Source: an uncultured Gammaproteobacteria bacterium
Lineage (GTDB): Bacteria > Pseudomonadota > Gammaproteobacteria > Pseudomonadales > JAHEGP01
Direction of reading: 5' to 3'
Assembly (NCBI GenBank): GCA_963792875.1
Contig: CAWBXV010000004.1
Location: 665-64,664 of the forward strand
Length of the DNA: 64,000 bases
Notes under the pieces: generated by a model
Seen by the model: only the letters and a program-made list of their open reading frames with translations
What the model was told of the DNA's origin: nothing
Database searches by the model: none
Made by a program: the position numbers and the translations under genes
In this document: positions 33,340 to 43,576 of the stretch, in pieces
Position numbering within the stretch: the stretch's first letter is position 1
Layout of the letters: each line of letters starts with the position of its first letter

Positions 33340-34053
33340 TCAGGCGGTCGGCGGCGTCCGCGCCAGGCACCACAGGTCGACCCGCTCCACGCCGGCGGCA
33401 AGCAGCAGCCTGGCGATGCTGTCCGCCGTGGCGCCGGTGGTGACCACGTCATCGACCAGCGCAAGGTGCGGCGCCGGCGGCGGTGCGGTGAGTTCGAAGG
33501 CGCCGCGCAGATTGGCCTGGCGGCGCCGGCGGTCGAGCCCCTGCTGGCTGGGGGTCGGGCGGCTGCGGCGCAGGCATGCGGCGTCAAGCGGTATGCCCAG
33601 CGGCCCGCTCAGGTCGCGGGCCAGCAGGTAGGACTGATTGAAGCCCCGCCGCCACTGCCGCTGCCAGTGCAGCGGCACCGGCAGCAGCGCCGCCGGCATC
33701 GGTTCGGCGCCATAGTGCTGGCGCAGCCGCGGCACGAGCAACTGCGTCAGCACGCGTCCCACTGCCGGCTGGCGCTGGACCTTGAAGCGCCGGATCAGAC
33801 CATCCAATGGCGCGTTATAGCAGCCCAGCGGCACGCAGCGCGCGAAGGCGAACGGGCGGGCCGCACACGCGCCGCAGCTGGGCGCGTCCACGGGGGTGGC
33901 CAGACCGCAGTGCCGGCAGGCCGGCCGCGGTCGCAGCAGGTCGGCCTCGCAGGGGCTGCAGAGATCCAGCGCACGGCCGGTCGCCGCGCGGCACAGTATG
34001 CAGCGGCCCGGCAACAGCTGGTGTGCTGCGACTTGCAGCCACTGGTAAACCAT
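33340..34053 (-). CDS. comF: ComF family protein
   Basis: Double zinc ribbon, PVPLH, RGFNQS, VDDVVTTGAT; divergent from bioB. Confidence 0.93.
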   Translation of the reverse strand: MVYQWLQVAAHQLLPGRCILCRAATGRALDLCSPCEADLLRPRPACRHCGLATPVDAPSCGACAARPFAFARCVPLGCYNAPLDGLIRRFKVQRQPAVGRVLTQLLVPRLRQHYGAEPMPAALLPVPLHWQRQWRRGFNQSYLLARDLSGPLGIPLDAACLRRSRPTPSQQGLDRRRRQANLRGAFELTAPPPAPHLALVDDVVTTGATADSIARLLLAAGVERVDLWCLARTPPTA

Positions 34054-34075
34054 AATGGCTCCTGTGGGTTGACAA
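34043..34075. promoter_or_regulatory. BirA operator (bioO)
   Basis: GTAAACC-N15-GGTTGAC imperfect palindrome upstream of bioB, overlapping the comF start. Confidence 0.75.
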
Positions 34076-34183
34076 AAACTGCCGGGCACTTAGTATTGCC
34101 GGGCCTTTCGACACTTGCCCATGAAAGCGCCGGCGGAGCAATGCGTCAACGGATAATGTAGGGAACCAGGGGAGAGAACCAGC

Positions 34184-35218
34184 GTGAACGGGCATACAGA
34201 ACCGCGCATCAGACATGATTGGACCGTGGCCGAGGCCCTTGAGCTGCTGTCGCAGCCCTTCGCCGACCTGCTGCACCGGGCGCAGACCATCCATCGGCAG
34301 TGTTTCGACCCCAATGCGGTGCAGGTGAGCCAGCTGCTCTCCATCAAGACCGGCGCCTGTCCCGAGGACTGCAAGTACTGCCCGCAGAGCAACCGCTACG
34401 ATACCGGCCTCGACCAGGAGAAACTGCTGGAGGTCGACAAGGTGCTGGCCGAGGCCCGCGCGGCGCGCGACGCCGGCGCCACCCGCTTCTGCATGGGCGC
34501 GGCCTGGCGCTCACCGAAGTCCAGGGACATGCCCTACGTGCTGGCGATGGTCAAGGGGGTCAAGGACCTGGGCATGGAGACGTGCATGACGCTCGGCATG
34601 CTGACTGCTGAGCAGGCGCACGAGCTGGGCGAAGCCGGCCTGGACTACTACAACCACAACCTCGACACGTCCCCGGAGTTCTACGCTGAGATCATCACCA
34701 CGCGCCGCTACAGCGACCGCCTCGACACGCTCGCCAGCGTGCGCGCGGCCGGCATCAAGGTGTGCAGCGGGGGTATCCTCGGCATGGGCGAGAGCCTGCG
34801 CGACCGTGCCGGACTGCTGGCGCAGCTGGCCAACCTGCCCGAACACCCCCAGAGCGTCCCCATCAATATGCTGGTCAAGGTTGCCGGCACGCCGCTGGCG
34901 CAGGAGGCAGCGCTCGACCCCATCGACTTCGTGCGCACCATCGCTGCCGCCCGCATCATGATGCCACGCTCGCACGTGCGCCTGTCGGCCGGGCGCGAGC
35001 AGATGGACGATGCCACCCAGGCGCTGGCGTTTCTCGCCGGGGCCAATTCCATCTTCTACGGCGAAAAGCTGCTGACCACCGGCAATCCCGGCGTCGACAA
35101 GGACCGGGAGCTGTTCCGGCGCCTTGGCATCGTCGCCGAGGGCAGCCACGGGGAGCCGCACGCCGCGCCGTGCCCGCAGCCGGATGCCGACCTGTTCTAC
35201 GATGCGGCAGGCGTCTGA
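34184..35218 (+). CDS. bioB: Biotin synthase
   Basis: CPEDCKYC radical SAM motif, YNHNLDT, VPIN, GANSIF. Confidence 0.98.
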   Translation: MNGHTEPRIRHDWTVAEALELLSQPFADLLHRAQTIHRQCFDPNAVQVSQLLSIKTGACPEDCKYCPQSNRYDTGLDQEKLLEVDKVLAEARAARDAGATRFCMGAAWRSPKSRDMPYVLAMVKGVKDLGMETCMTLGMLTAEQAHELGEAGLDYYNHNLDTSPEFYAEIITTRRYSDRLDTLASVRAAGIKVCSGGILGMGESLRDRAGLLAQLANLPEHPQSVPINMLVKVAGTPLAQEAALDPIDFVRTIAAARIMMPRSHVRLSAGREQMDDATQALAFLAGANSIFYGEKLLTTGNPGVDKDRELFRRLGIVAEGSHGEPHAAPCPQPDADLFYDAAGV

Positions 35219-36395
35219 GCCCGCGCCCGACGTGGATTGGGACAGCCACCTGAGGCAGGCGCTGCAGCAGCGGGCAGAGGCGGCGTTGTACCGGCACCGC
35301 CGCACGCTGGACTCGGCGCAGGGCGTCCACATCGTCGTCGATGGCCAGCCCTGCCTGAATTTCTCCAGCAACGACTACCTGGGGCTGGCCAGCCACCCCG
35401 AGGTCGTAGCGGCCGCGGTCGAGGCGGCCGGGCGTTATGGCCTCGGCAGCGGCGCCTCGCACCTGGTCTGCGGCCACGGCCGCGAACATGACGCGCTGGA
35501 GCAGGAGCTGGCGGCCTTTACCGGGCGCGAGCGGGCGCTGCTGTTTTCCACCGGCTACATGGCCAATCAGGGTGTGATCGGCGCGCTGGTGGGCAAGGGC
35601 GACCAGCTGCTGCAGGACAGGCTCAATCACGCCTCACTGCTGGATGCCGGGCTGCTGTGCGGTGCCCGCATGCAGCGCTTCGGGCACAATGATACGGCGC
35701 AGCTGGCACGGCGCCTGGCGGCGTTGCCCGCCGCAGCGCGCACGCTGATCGCGGTGGAGGGCGTCTACAGCATGGACGGCGACTGCGCTCCTCTGGCGGC
35801 AATGGCGGACCTTGCCCGTGAGTTCGGCGCGCTGCTCATGGTCGATGACGCGCACGGCTTTGGCGTGCTCGGCCAGCGCGGTGCCGGCGCCACGGAGCAC
35901 TGGTCGCTGAGCCAGGCGCAGGTGCCCGTGCTGATGGGGACGCTGGGCAAGGCCTTGGGCACTTTCGGCGCCTTCGTGGCAGGCAGTGACGCCCTGATCG
36001 AAACGCTGATACAGCGGTCGCGCAGTTACATCTACACCACCGCGTTGCCGCCGGCGGTGGCCGCCGCGAGCCGGGCCGCCCTGCGGCTGGTGGCGGCGGA
36101 GCCCTGGCGCCGCGCCCAGCTGCAGGCCCTGCAGCGGCGTCTGCGCAGCGGTCTGGAGCGCCTGCCCTGGCCGCTGCTGCCCAGCGCCACGCCCATTCAG
36201 CCGGTGCTGGTGGGCAGCGCCGAGGCCGCGCTGACGCTCAGCGCCGGTCTGCAGCGGCAGGCCATCTACGTGCCGGCGATACGGCCTCCGACAGTGCCCG
36301 CCGGCGGTGCGCGGCTGCGCATTACCCTCAGCGCCGCGCACAGCGAGCGCGATGTCGACCGGCTGCTGGCGGCGCTGGCGGGGTTGTGTCCGTGA
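35202..36395 (+). CDS. bioF: 8-amino-7-oxononanoate synthase
   Basis: [29 protein letters not shown]. Confidence 0.96.
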   Translation: MRQASEPAPDVDWDSHLRQALQQRAEAALYRHRRTLDSAQGVHIVVDGQPCLNFSSNDYLGLASHPEVVAAAVEAAGRYGLGSGASHLVCGHGREHDALEQELAAFTGRERALLFSTGYMANQGVIGALVGKGDQLLQDRLNHASLLDAGLLCGARMQRFGHNDTAQLARRLAALPAAARTLIAVEGVYSMDGDCAPLAAMADLAREFGALLMVDDAHGFGVLGQRGAGATEHWSLSQAQVPVLMGTLGKALGTFGAFVAGSDALIETLIQRSRSYIYTTALPPAVAAASRAALRLVAAEPWRRAQLQALQRRLRSGLERLPWPLLPSATPIQPVLVGSAEAALTLSAGLQRQAIYVPAIRPPTVPAGGARLRITLSAAHSERDVDRLLAALAGLCP

Positions 36396-37969
36396 GCGCC
36401 GCGCTGTCGCTGCAGCCCCTGCGGTTGCAGACCATGGCGACCGGGTCTGTGGGCGATGCCATCGGCGACGTCGTCCTGCTGCATGGCTGGGGTACCGACA
36501 GCCGCGTGTGGCAGCACCTGGTGCCGCTGCTGCGCCCGCGCTGCCGCGTGCACCTGCTCGACCTGCCGGGTTTCGGTGGTAACCGTGACGTCAATCTCTG
36601 GCGCGACGAGCCGGCGCTGCTGGCGGCGCTGGCCGCCGTGCTGCCGGCGACGGCCCATCTGGTGGGGTGGTCGCTGGGCGGCAACGTCGCGCTGGCCTAT
36701 GCGCGGCGCTACCCGCTGCGGGTGCGCTCGCTGAGCCTGATCGCGACCAATCCGGCCTTTGTCGCCAGGGACGGCTGGCCCTGCGCCATGCCCGAGGAGA
36801 TTTTTACCGGCTTTGCGCAGCTGCTCGCAGCACAGCCCGCCAGGGCGCTGCAGCGCTTCGCGCAACTGCAGTGCCATGGAGACGGTCACGGCCGGCGCCT
36901 GGCGCTGTGCCTGCGCGAGCTGCCCGGTGGCCCCCTGCAGTTCGACCGCGGCGCGGTGCGCGATGCGCTGGAATTCCTGCGGCGGGTGGATCAGCGCGCC
37001 TACCGCGCGCAGAGCGCGCCGCTCTACATCCTGGGCGAGGCCGACGCCCTGGTCCCCGCCAGCGTGGCCGCGCAGCTGCCGTGTGTGCGGGTGCTGCCCC
37101 AGACCGCGCACCTGCCCATGCTGACGCAGCCTCAAGCGCTGGCGGAGCTGCTGTTCGGCCACATGGCGCGCCCTGAGCCAGCGGGTCCCGGTCAGCAGAA
37201 GGCGCGGATCGCCCAATCTTTCAGCGCGGCGGCTGCCAGCTACGATGGCGTCGCCGCGCTGCAGCGCCAGGTGGGCGCCGATCTGCTGGCCCGGCTGGAG
37301 CCGCCGGTCAGCGCGGGCCCGGCGCTCGATCTGGGCTGCGGCACCGGCTATTTTCTGCCCCGGCTGCAGCAGGCAGTGCCGGCCTGCGAATGGCTTGGCG
37401 GCGACCTCGCCGAGGGCATGCTGCGCTATGCGCGCGGCGCCAGGGGCCTGGGCGGGGTACCGCTGCTGGCGCTCGATGCGGAGCGGCTGCCGCTGGCGGA
37501 TGCGTGCCTGGCGGGCATCTACTCCAACCTGGCGGTGCAGTGGTGCCAGGATCTGGACGGGCTCTTCGCCGAGGCGCACCGGGTGCTGCGGCCCGGCGGC
37601 TGGTGCGCACTGTCGACGCTGCTCGAGGGCACCCTCGCGGAACTGCGCGCGTCCTGGCGCAGCGTGGACGACCGCGAGCACGTCAACCGCTTTCTGGGTG
37701 ACCGTGAGTGGCGCAGCGCGGCCGAGCGCGCCGGACTGCGACCACTGGTCTGGCGCCAGGAGACGCGCGTGACCTACTACGCGGAGCTGGCCGAACTCGT
37801 GCACGAGCTGAAGGCGCTGGGCGCGCACAACCTCAACGAGGGTCGCCCCGGCGGCTTGACCGGCAAGGGCCGCTGGCGCGCGCTGCGCAGCGCCTATGAG
37901 GCGTGTCGGCAGCGGCAGGGCCTGCCCGCCAGCTGGCAGGTGCTGTACGCGGTGCTCGTGCGTGACTGA
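36392..37969 (+). CDS. bioHC: Fused BioH (pimeloyl-ACP methyl ester esterase)-BioC (malonyl-ACP O-methyltransferase)
   Basis: N-terminal LLHGWG, GWSLGG, AHLP; C-terminal FSAAAASYD, LDLGCGTG, SNLAVQW; one continuous ORF. Confidence 0.88.
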   Translation: MSAALSLQPLRLQTMATGSVGDAIGDVVLLHGWGTDSRVWQHLVPLLRPRCRVHLLDLPGFGGNRDVNLWRDEPALLAALAAVLPATAHLVGWSLGGNVALAYARRYPLRVRSLSLIATNPAFVARDGWPCAMPEEIFTGFAQLLAAQPARALQRFAQLQCHGDGHGRRLALCLRELPGGPLQFDRGAVRDALEFLRRVDQRAYRAQSAPLYILGEADALVPASVAAQLPCVRVLPQTAHLPMLTQPQALAELLFGHMARPEPAGPGQQKARIAQSFSAAAASYDGVAALQRQVGADLLARLEPPVSAGPALDLGCGTGYFLPRLQQAVPACEWLGGDLAEGMLRYARGARGLGGVPLLALDAERLPLADACLAGIYSNLAVQWCQDLDGLFAEAHRVLRPGGWCALSTLLEGTLAELRASWRSVDDREHVNRFLGDREWRSAAERAGLRPLVWRQETRVTYYAELAELVHELKALGAHNLNEGRPGGLTGKGRWRALRSAYEACRQRQGLPASWQVLYAVLVRD

Positions 37970-38645
37970 CGCCTATTTTATCGCCGGCACCGACACCGAC
38001 GTCGGCAAGACGCTCGTCACGGCGGCCCTGCTCTGTGCGCTGCGTGCCGCCGGGCGGACCAGCGCGGCCGTCAAGCCCGTGGCCGCCGGTGCCCGGCTGA
38101 CCGCGCAGGGCTGGCGCAACGAGGATGGCGAGATTCTGCAGCGCTGGCAGAGCGCGGGCCTGAGCTATGGTCAGGTCAATCCGGTCGTGCTGCGCGACCC
38201 GGTGTCGCCCCACATCGCGGCCCGCAACGATGGCCGCAGGATCACCGTTGCGCAGCTCGAGCAGCATTGCCGCGCCGTCATGCGGCAGCCGCTCGACGTC
38301 GTTCTGATCGAGGGGGCCGGCGGCTGGCGCGTGCCCGTCAACGAACGCGAATACCTGTCCGCGCTGCCGTGGCGGCTCGATATCCCGGTGATTCTGGTGG
38401 TGGGGCTCAAGCTGGGCTGTCTCAACCACGCGCTGCTGACGGCCGAGGCCATCGCCCGCGATGGCCTGACGCTGGTGGGCTGGGTGGCCAACCAGGTCGA
38501 CCCCCAAATGGCCGCGGTGCAGTCCAACCTCGATACCCTGCGGGCGCGCCTGCCGGGGACCTGCCTGGGCGCGATACCGTGGCTGCCGGCGGCGGCCCCG
38601 GATGCGGCCGCGCGCTATCTGCAGCCCTTGCCAAAAAATAATTGA
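37962..38645 (+). CDS. bioD: Dethiobiotin synthetase
   Basis: GTDTDVGKT, KPVAAG, EGAGG, LGCLNHA. Confidence 0.96.
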   Translation: MTDAYFIAGTDTDVGKTLVTAALLCALRAAGRTSAAVKPVAAGARLTAQGWRNEDGEILQRWQSAGLSYGQVNPVVLRDPVSPHIAARNDGRRITVAQLEQHCRAVMRQPLDVVLIEGAGGWRVPVNEREYLSALPWRLDIPVILVVGLKLGCLNHALLTAEAIARDGLTLVGWVANQVDPQMAAVQSNLDTLRARLPGTCLGAIPWLPAAAPDAAARYLQPLPKNN

Positions 38646-38840
38646 CAGATAAAGAGTTAGCGATTTACCTGGCAGGTAATTGAACAATCCACCGATGCCG
38701 TCAGAATTGATGCGGGATAACCGTGTCTGCAATGGCGCGTTGCGCTGCAGGTCCAAAGGTCTGAATCGCCGCGTAATTAACGCAGCGCCAAGCCGTTCGC
38801 AGAGCGCAATTGCAGTTTTTTCTAGCGTCGGGAGGTATAC

Positions 38841-40640
38841 ATGTCTGAGTACAGAACGCCGTTTCGGGATATGCAGTTTGTCCTGCACGAGCTTTTCAAC
38901 AGTGAGGAGCACTATGCGGGTCTCGACAGCGCTGAAAAGCTGACCCCGGACCTGCTCAATTCCATCATCGACGGCATGTCGCAGTTCGCGACTGATGTGC
39001 TCCATCCCATCAATCTCAGCGGTGACCAGGAGGGTTGCCACTGGTCCCCCGAGGGCGTGACGACGCCGGCGGGCTTCAAGGACGCCTATCGTCAGTACGT
39101 TGAAGGCGGCTGGGCCGGGCTGTCCGCGGACCCGGCCTACGGCGGCCAGGGCCTGCCCGGTTCGGCCAGCTTCCTGGTGGATGAAATCATGGGCACGGCG
39201 AACTGGTCGTGGTGCATGTATCCGGGGCTGAGCAAGGCCGCGACGCGGCTGCTGTCCGCAGCGGGCAGCGAGCAGCAGAAGCAGCTCTACCTCACCCACC
39301 TGGTGTCCGGCGAGTGGAGCGGGACGATGTGCCTGACCGAGCCACACTGCGGCTCGGATGTCGGCATCCTGAAGACCAAGGCGGAGCCGAGCGCCGATGG
39401 CAGCTACAGCATTACCGGTACCAAGATCTTCATCAGCGCCGGCGAGCACGATCTGACCGACAATATCCTGCACATGGTGCTGGCGCGGGTCAAAGGTGCG
39501 CCCAATGGCTCCAGAGGCATTTCGCTGTTTCTGGTGCCCAAATTCAACGTCAACGACGATGGCAGCCTCGGTGAGCGCAACGGCGTGCACTGCGGGTCGA
39601 TAGAGCACAAGATGGGCATCAAGGGTTCGGCCACCGCGGTGCTGAATTTCGATGGCGCCAAGGGCTTCCTGATCGGCAAGGAGAACGAAGGCCTGCATCA
39701 TATGTTCATCATGATGAACGCAGCCCGCGTCGGCACCGCCATGCAGGGATTGTGCGTGGCCGAGTCCACGATTCAGCGCTCGGTGGACTACGCCCGCGAA
39801 AGGCTGCAGATGCGCTCTCTCAGTGGCCCCAAGAATCCGGAAGGCCCGGCCGATCCGATCATCGTGCACCCCGACGTGCGCCGCATGCTGCTCACGCAGA
39901 AGGCGTTTGCGGAGGGCAGCCGCGCGTTTCTGTACTGGCTGGTCATGCAGGTCGACAATACCATGTACGGCAGCGATGAACAGAAGGCGCAATCGCACAT
40001 GCTGCTGGAGCTGTTGACGCCGGTGGCCAAGGCCTTTGTCACCGAAGCAGGGCTGGAGTGTGCCAACCTTGCCGTGCAGGTGTATGGCGGCCATGGCTAT
40101 ATCCAGGAGCACGGCGTCGAGCAGATACTGCGCGATGCCCGCATCGCCACGGTCTATGAGGGTACTACCGGTATTCAGGCGCTGGACTTGCTGGGCCGCA
40201 AGGTGCTGGGTACCGGGGGCGAGACGCTGAAGGGCTTCGCCAAGGTGCTCAACGCGTTCTGTCAGGCACACAAGGATGACGACAACCTGTCTGCGATGGT
40301 CGCCCGCCTCACAGAGTTGAGCAAGGAGTTGGGCGAGCTGACCATGTTGGTCGGGGCCGCGGCGATGAATGATCCGGAGGAGGTCGGAGCGGCATCGGTC
40401 GATTACCTGATGTACAGCGGCTATCTGGTGCTGGCCTGGTTCTGGGCGCAGATGGCGGAGGTGGCGCATCGCCAGCTGGCCGCAGGAGCCGGTGACCCGA
40501 ATTTCTACACCGCCAAACTCCAGACCGCCCGCTTTTACTACGAGCGCATTCTGCCCCGCACGCTGGCACACGCGGCAGCGGTGCGGTCCGGCGCGGCCAA
40601 CGTCATGGATATGGCGGCCGAGAACTTCTATCTGGGATAG
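38841..40640 (+). CDS. Acyl-CoA dehydrogenase (about 600 aa type)
   Basis: MCLTEPHCGSD, GTKIFIS, EHKMGI, QVYGGHGY, YEGTTGIQ. Confidence 0.95.
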   Translation: MSEYRTPFRDMQFVLHELFNSEEHYAGLDSAEKLTPDLLNSIIDGMSQFATDVLHPINLSGDQEGCHWSPEGVTTPAGFKDAYRQYVEGGWAGLSADPAYGGQGLPGSASFLVDEIMGTANWSWCMYPGLSKAATRLLSAAGSEQQKQLYLTHLVSGEWSGTMCLTEPHCGSDVGILKTKAEPSADGSYSITGTKIFISAGEHDLTDNILHMVLARVKGAPNGSRGISLFLVPKFNVNDDGSLGERNGVHCGSIEHKMGIKGSATAVLNFDGAKGFLIGKENEGLHHMFIMMNAARVGTAMQGLCVAESTIQRSVDYARERLQMRSLSGPKNPEGPADPIIVHPDVRRMLLTQKAFAEGSRAFLYWLVMQVDNTMYGSDEQKAQSHMLLELLTPVAKAFVTEAGLECANLAVQVYGGHGYIQEHGVEQILRDARIATVYEGTTGIQALDLLGRKVLGTGGETLKGFAKVLNAFCQAHKDDDNLSAMVARLTELSKELGELTMLVGAAAMNDPEEVGAASVDYLMYSGYLVLAWFWAQMAEVAHRQLAAGAGDPNFYTAKLQTARFYYERILPRTLAHAAAVRSGAANVMDMAAENFYLG

Positions 40641-40700
40641 GGCGCTTGCCAGCTTCGGAGCGTCCGCTACACTAGGCGCTCCGGATGCAAGAGGTGGACC

Positions 40701-40886
40701 ATGGCTGACAAAGAACGATTGTCCGATGAGGACATGCAACGGGTCGAACAGTTCCTGCGCAGCGGCTACAACGACACGCCGCGCAAGCCTTTTCGGCCCC
40801 TGCTGCTGATGGTGGTGCTCACCGCCGTCGTCGCCGCCTTGAGTTCCCTGAGCCTGTGGATCGCCCGCCTGAACGGCGTCTATTGA
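40701..40886 (+). CDS. Small membrane protein (DUF3094-like)
   Basis: RLSDEDMQRVEQFL...RKPFRP plus a TM helix. Confidence 0.75.
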   Translation: MADKERLSDEDMQRVEQFLRSGYNDTPRKPFRPLLLMVVLTAVVAALSSLSLWIARLNGVY

Positions 40887-40912
40887 CGCCACCCCACCGC
40901 GGCGGTACCTGA

Positions 40913-41227
40913 CTAGAACGTCAGCCGCATGCGCAACGCCAGGCCAATGCCCAGGGTGTCGATATCGTAGCGGAACGGCCGCGTTGCAAGGCGTTGTGCT
41001 GATGCGCCAAGGGCCAGCCGTTCGATCATGGCTTTGATCGGTATCGTGACGGGCTCCGTGCCGCTGAGCCGCGGGTTGGCGTAGTGCCCGGACATGTCCT
41101 GGTGCACACCCTGAGCCAGGTCCTGCTCTCCCAGCGCCGCTGGCGAGGCGGCGATCAGCGCTATCAGCGAGAGTGCCGGCGCCAGCGGAAGGTTCCTTAG
41201 CGAGCTTTGCCTGCCGTGCCTGTCCAT
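40913..41227 (-). CDS. Hypothetical exported protein
   Basis: Hydrophobic signal-like segment; ends in beta-strand-like LRMRLTF. Confidence 0.45.
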   Translation of the reverse strand: MDRHGRQSSLRNLPLAPALSLIALIAASPAALGEQDLAQGVHQDMSGHYANPRLSGTEPVTIPIKAMIERLALGASAQRLATRPFRYDIDTLGIGLALRMRLTF

Positions 41228-41401
41228 TGTAAGCCTCCGGCGCCATTGCCATGGGTTAGACTTTCAGCATACCAAACCAGCGGCCGGAGGCTATCGGCAC
41301 CCTCCGTTTGTGCGAAGTCATGCCGTCCCGCTGAAGGAAATGTGATGGGATCATTGTTCCGGGGGACGGCTCGTCGTGTTGCAATAGCGATGCAAGACCT
41401 G

Positions 41402-41430
41402 TTCAGATTGGCCGAGTAATCTGCTATAGT
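41402..41430 (+). promoter_or_regulatory. Sigma70 promoter of tRNA-Pro
   Basis: TTCAGA-17 bp-TATAGT with an extended -10 TG. Confidence 0.6.
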
Positions 41431-41456
41431 CCGCAGCGCGCTGAAAATTGAAGTAT

Positions 41457-41533
41457 CGGAGTGTAGCTCAGCTTGGTAGAGCACTGTCTTCGGGAGGCAG
41501 GGGCCGGAGGTTCAAATCCTCTCACTCCGACCA
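41457..41533 (+). tRNA. tRNA-Pro (CGG)
   Basis: CGGAGTG...CTGTC-TTCGGGA-GGCAG...GTTCAAATC...CACTCCGACCA; 77 nt. Confidence 0.98.
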
Positions 41534-41606
41534 AATAACCTTATAAAACAATGACTTGCAATGAGTCGTTGCGCGCTTTTTCGTTATTGGTCGCTTTATC
41601 CTCGAT

Positions 41607-41628
41607 TTGGTACACAGCTTGGTACACA
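41607..41628 (+). repeat. Direct repeat TTGGTACACA x2, possible integrase arm-type sites
   Basis: ttggtacaca-gc-ttggtacaca about 75 bp past the tRNA 3' end. Confidence 0.55.
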
Positions 41629-41968
41629 CATCGAAGTGTGTGGCAGCCCGCTGTGCTGACCGCTTGTCATGCCCCCCGCCGCACCATATTGATCGCTGAA
41701 CCCGTCAGGTCGTCTCCGACGCCTGATCATCTGAGCTTTGGCAGGCGGCACCAATTGATTTAGATCAAAAGCATCCGCATAACCATAAAATATGTATGAC
41801 TTTTAATGAAGCCAAGCTCGCTCAATCCTGTAGAATCCCGCCGGCTTGCGAAAGTCCTTGCTAATTTAACCCTGGCTAACGCAGCCGCGACGCAGACGCC
41901 TCGCCGATCTCATTGAGTGCGGTGAGGGCGTCGGCGCAGCGCCTTTATTCTGCAGATGGAGATTTCTC

Positions 41969-42596
41969 ATGAAGAGCCAATTAGCAGTTGCAGCCACATC
42001 CTTTCTGCTCGTCGGGCCTGTACTGGCTGATAAGGCAGGCCCCTACGTCGGCCTGGGCGTAACCTCCAACGTCTACGGCAGTTCCGGCGACGATGACTTC
42101 GATAGTCTGTTCGAGGACGAGCGGGTCACCGGCTGGCGCCTGGAAGGCGGTTACATCTGGGACCTGGGTAAGCCCGGAGGTTTTCACCTGGGCGTGGTCG
42201 GAGCCTATAACGATTTCGGCAAGGCCACCATTGAGGAGTACTACTGTAGTGTCTGTAAGGCGGAACTGAGCGTCCAAGCGCAGGCGCTGTCCGTGCTGCT
42301 GGTCATCGAGCAGGAGATCGCGTCCTGGGTGGACTTCGTGTTCAAAGTGGGACCGTCTGCTGTAGCCTATGATGTTGAATTGGACTGATTATTATATCGG
42401 TGGCTATTATCAGGACTCCGAGAGCTCAACCGAGCCGGGTGCAACCGCGGTGATTGGCTTTACCTTCTTCCCGACCGAGTTCCTGGCCATCGAACTGGCC
42501 AGCCAAGGCACCGCGTTTGTCTATGACTATGCCTATGGTGGCGATGAGGTCTACACGGCATCGAGCCTGTCACTGTCCCTCCAGTACCGCTTCTGA
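41969..42596 (+). pseudogene. Outer-membrane beta-barrel protein (8-stranded type), frameshifted near 42385
   Basis: Signal peptide, GPYVGLG, amphipathic strands; C-terminal LSLQYRF beta-signal in another frame. Confidence 0.75.
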
Positions 42597-42968
42597 CGTG
42601 CGCTCAAGGGTGGTGCTGCTCGCTCAGTGCCGCCCGGAAACCCTCCTGAATCAGCGCTGCTCAGATCACTCATGTCCGCGTAGGAAGCGGATGGTGGTGG
42701 TGTCGGGATTGTCGATCGAACTTCGCCCCTGCAGTCGCGCATCCCCAGTAACTGCGCCGCCGTGGATGCAGCGGGAGCAAGAGAACAGCTAGTTCCCCCG
42801 TCAGTCCCGAAGCAGGATTGCCTCTGGTACCTATCCGGGTATCACTGCGCTGGCACCAGTCCCTGATCCGTGATCCGGGTTCGCGGCGATGACGGGGACA
42901 ATGCGGACCCTGCCGGGTCGCCGTCGAGGGTGCGGGGAGCGGGTCCGTGTCCGCGGTCGATGGGGTTT

Positions 42969-43355
42969 TGTCCGGGGTCTGTCCGGGTGAAAGTCGGCTG
43001 CAGCCCGCATAGGTCCTTGATGTCCGGGTTGTCCGGGTTATTTTATAGAGAGATAATTTAACTGTAATACAGCCCACCAATACTTCGGACAGTTTTTGAG
43101 CTTTTGCAGCTAAATCAATGACTTGCATTTTCGAGCCAATATCCGCAACTCGTTGAAAATAACGTGATTATGCGAAAACTGTCCGAACCATTGGCCCACA
43201 ATACCCCCCCTCTCCTGGTATCCCCGCAGCCGCATCCAAAACAACTCGATTTTACCCGGACAACCCGGACACCCCGGACAAGCCCAGTGAATCCGGGGCC
43301 TGCAGCGCTTCTGCGGGGCGCTTTTCAGGCGGACAACCCCAGACATACCCGGACA
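42969..43355. repeat. Inverted arrays of the CCCGGACA octamer (iteron-like origin)
   Basis: TGTCCGGG at 42969, 42980, 43021, 43030; CCCGGACA at 43255, 43264, 43273, 43348 plus degenerate copies; AT-rich core. Confidence 0.75.
43078..43193. mobile_element. 116-bp MITE with 19-bp terminal inverted repeats and a 6-bp target duplication
   Basis: CAATACTTCGGACAGTTTT / AAAACTGTCCGAACCATTG; GCCCAC at 43072-43077 and 43194-43199. Confidence 0.88.
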
Positions 43356-43371
43356 GCTGCGGGCTATGATC

Positions 43372-43436
43372 CACCCGCACCCGCACCCGCACCCGCACCC
43401 GCACCCGCACCCGCACCCGCACCCGCACCCGCACCC
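43372..43436 (+). repeat. Hexanucleotide microsatellite (CACCCG)10
   Basis: Ten perfect units plus a partial unit. Confidence 0.95.
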
Positions 43437-43576
43437 CACAATCTGCCGCCGGCAAATCCCTGATCGCGCCGGTCAGATGCCGGTCGGCATGGTAAAATAG
43501 GCAAATATTCGGCCCAGCCCTTCCGGGTTTATAAAAGTACGGGACACACCGGGATCGATAGTGTATAACAGGTTCC

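Noticed and set aside
37833-41252. 1139-aa minus-strand ORF and similar long antisense ORFs (2747-5188, 28314-30749)
   Set aside because: Shadow frames of real high-GC genes; no recognisable motifs
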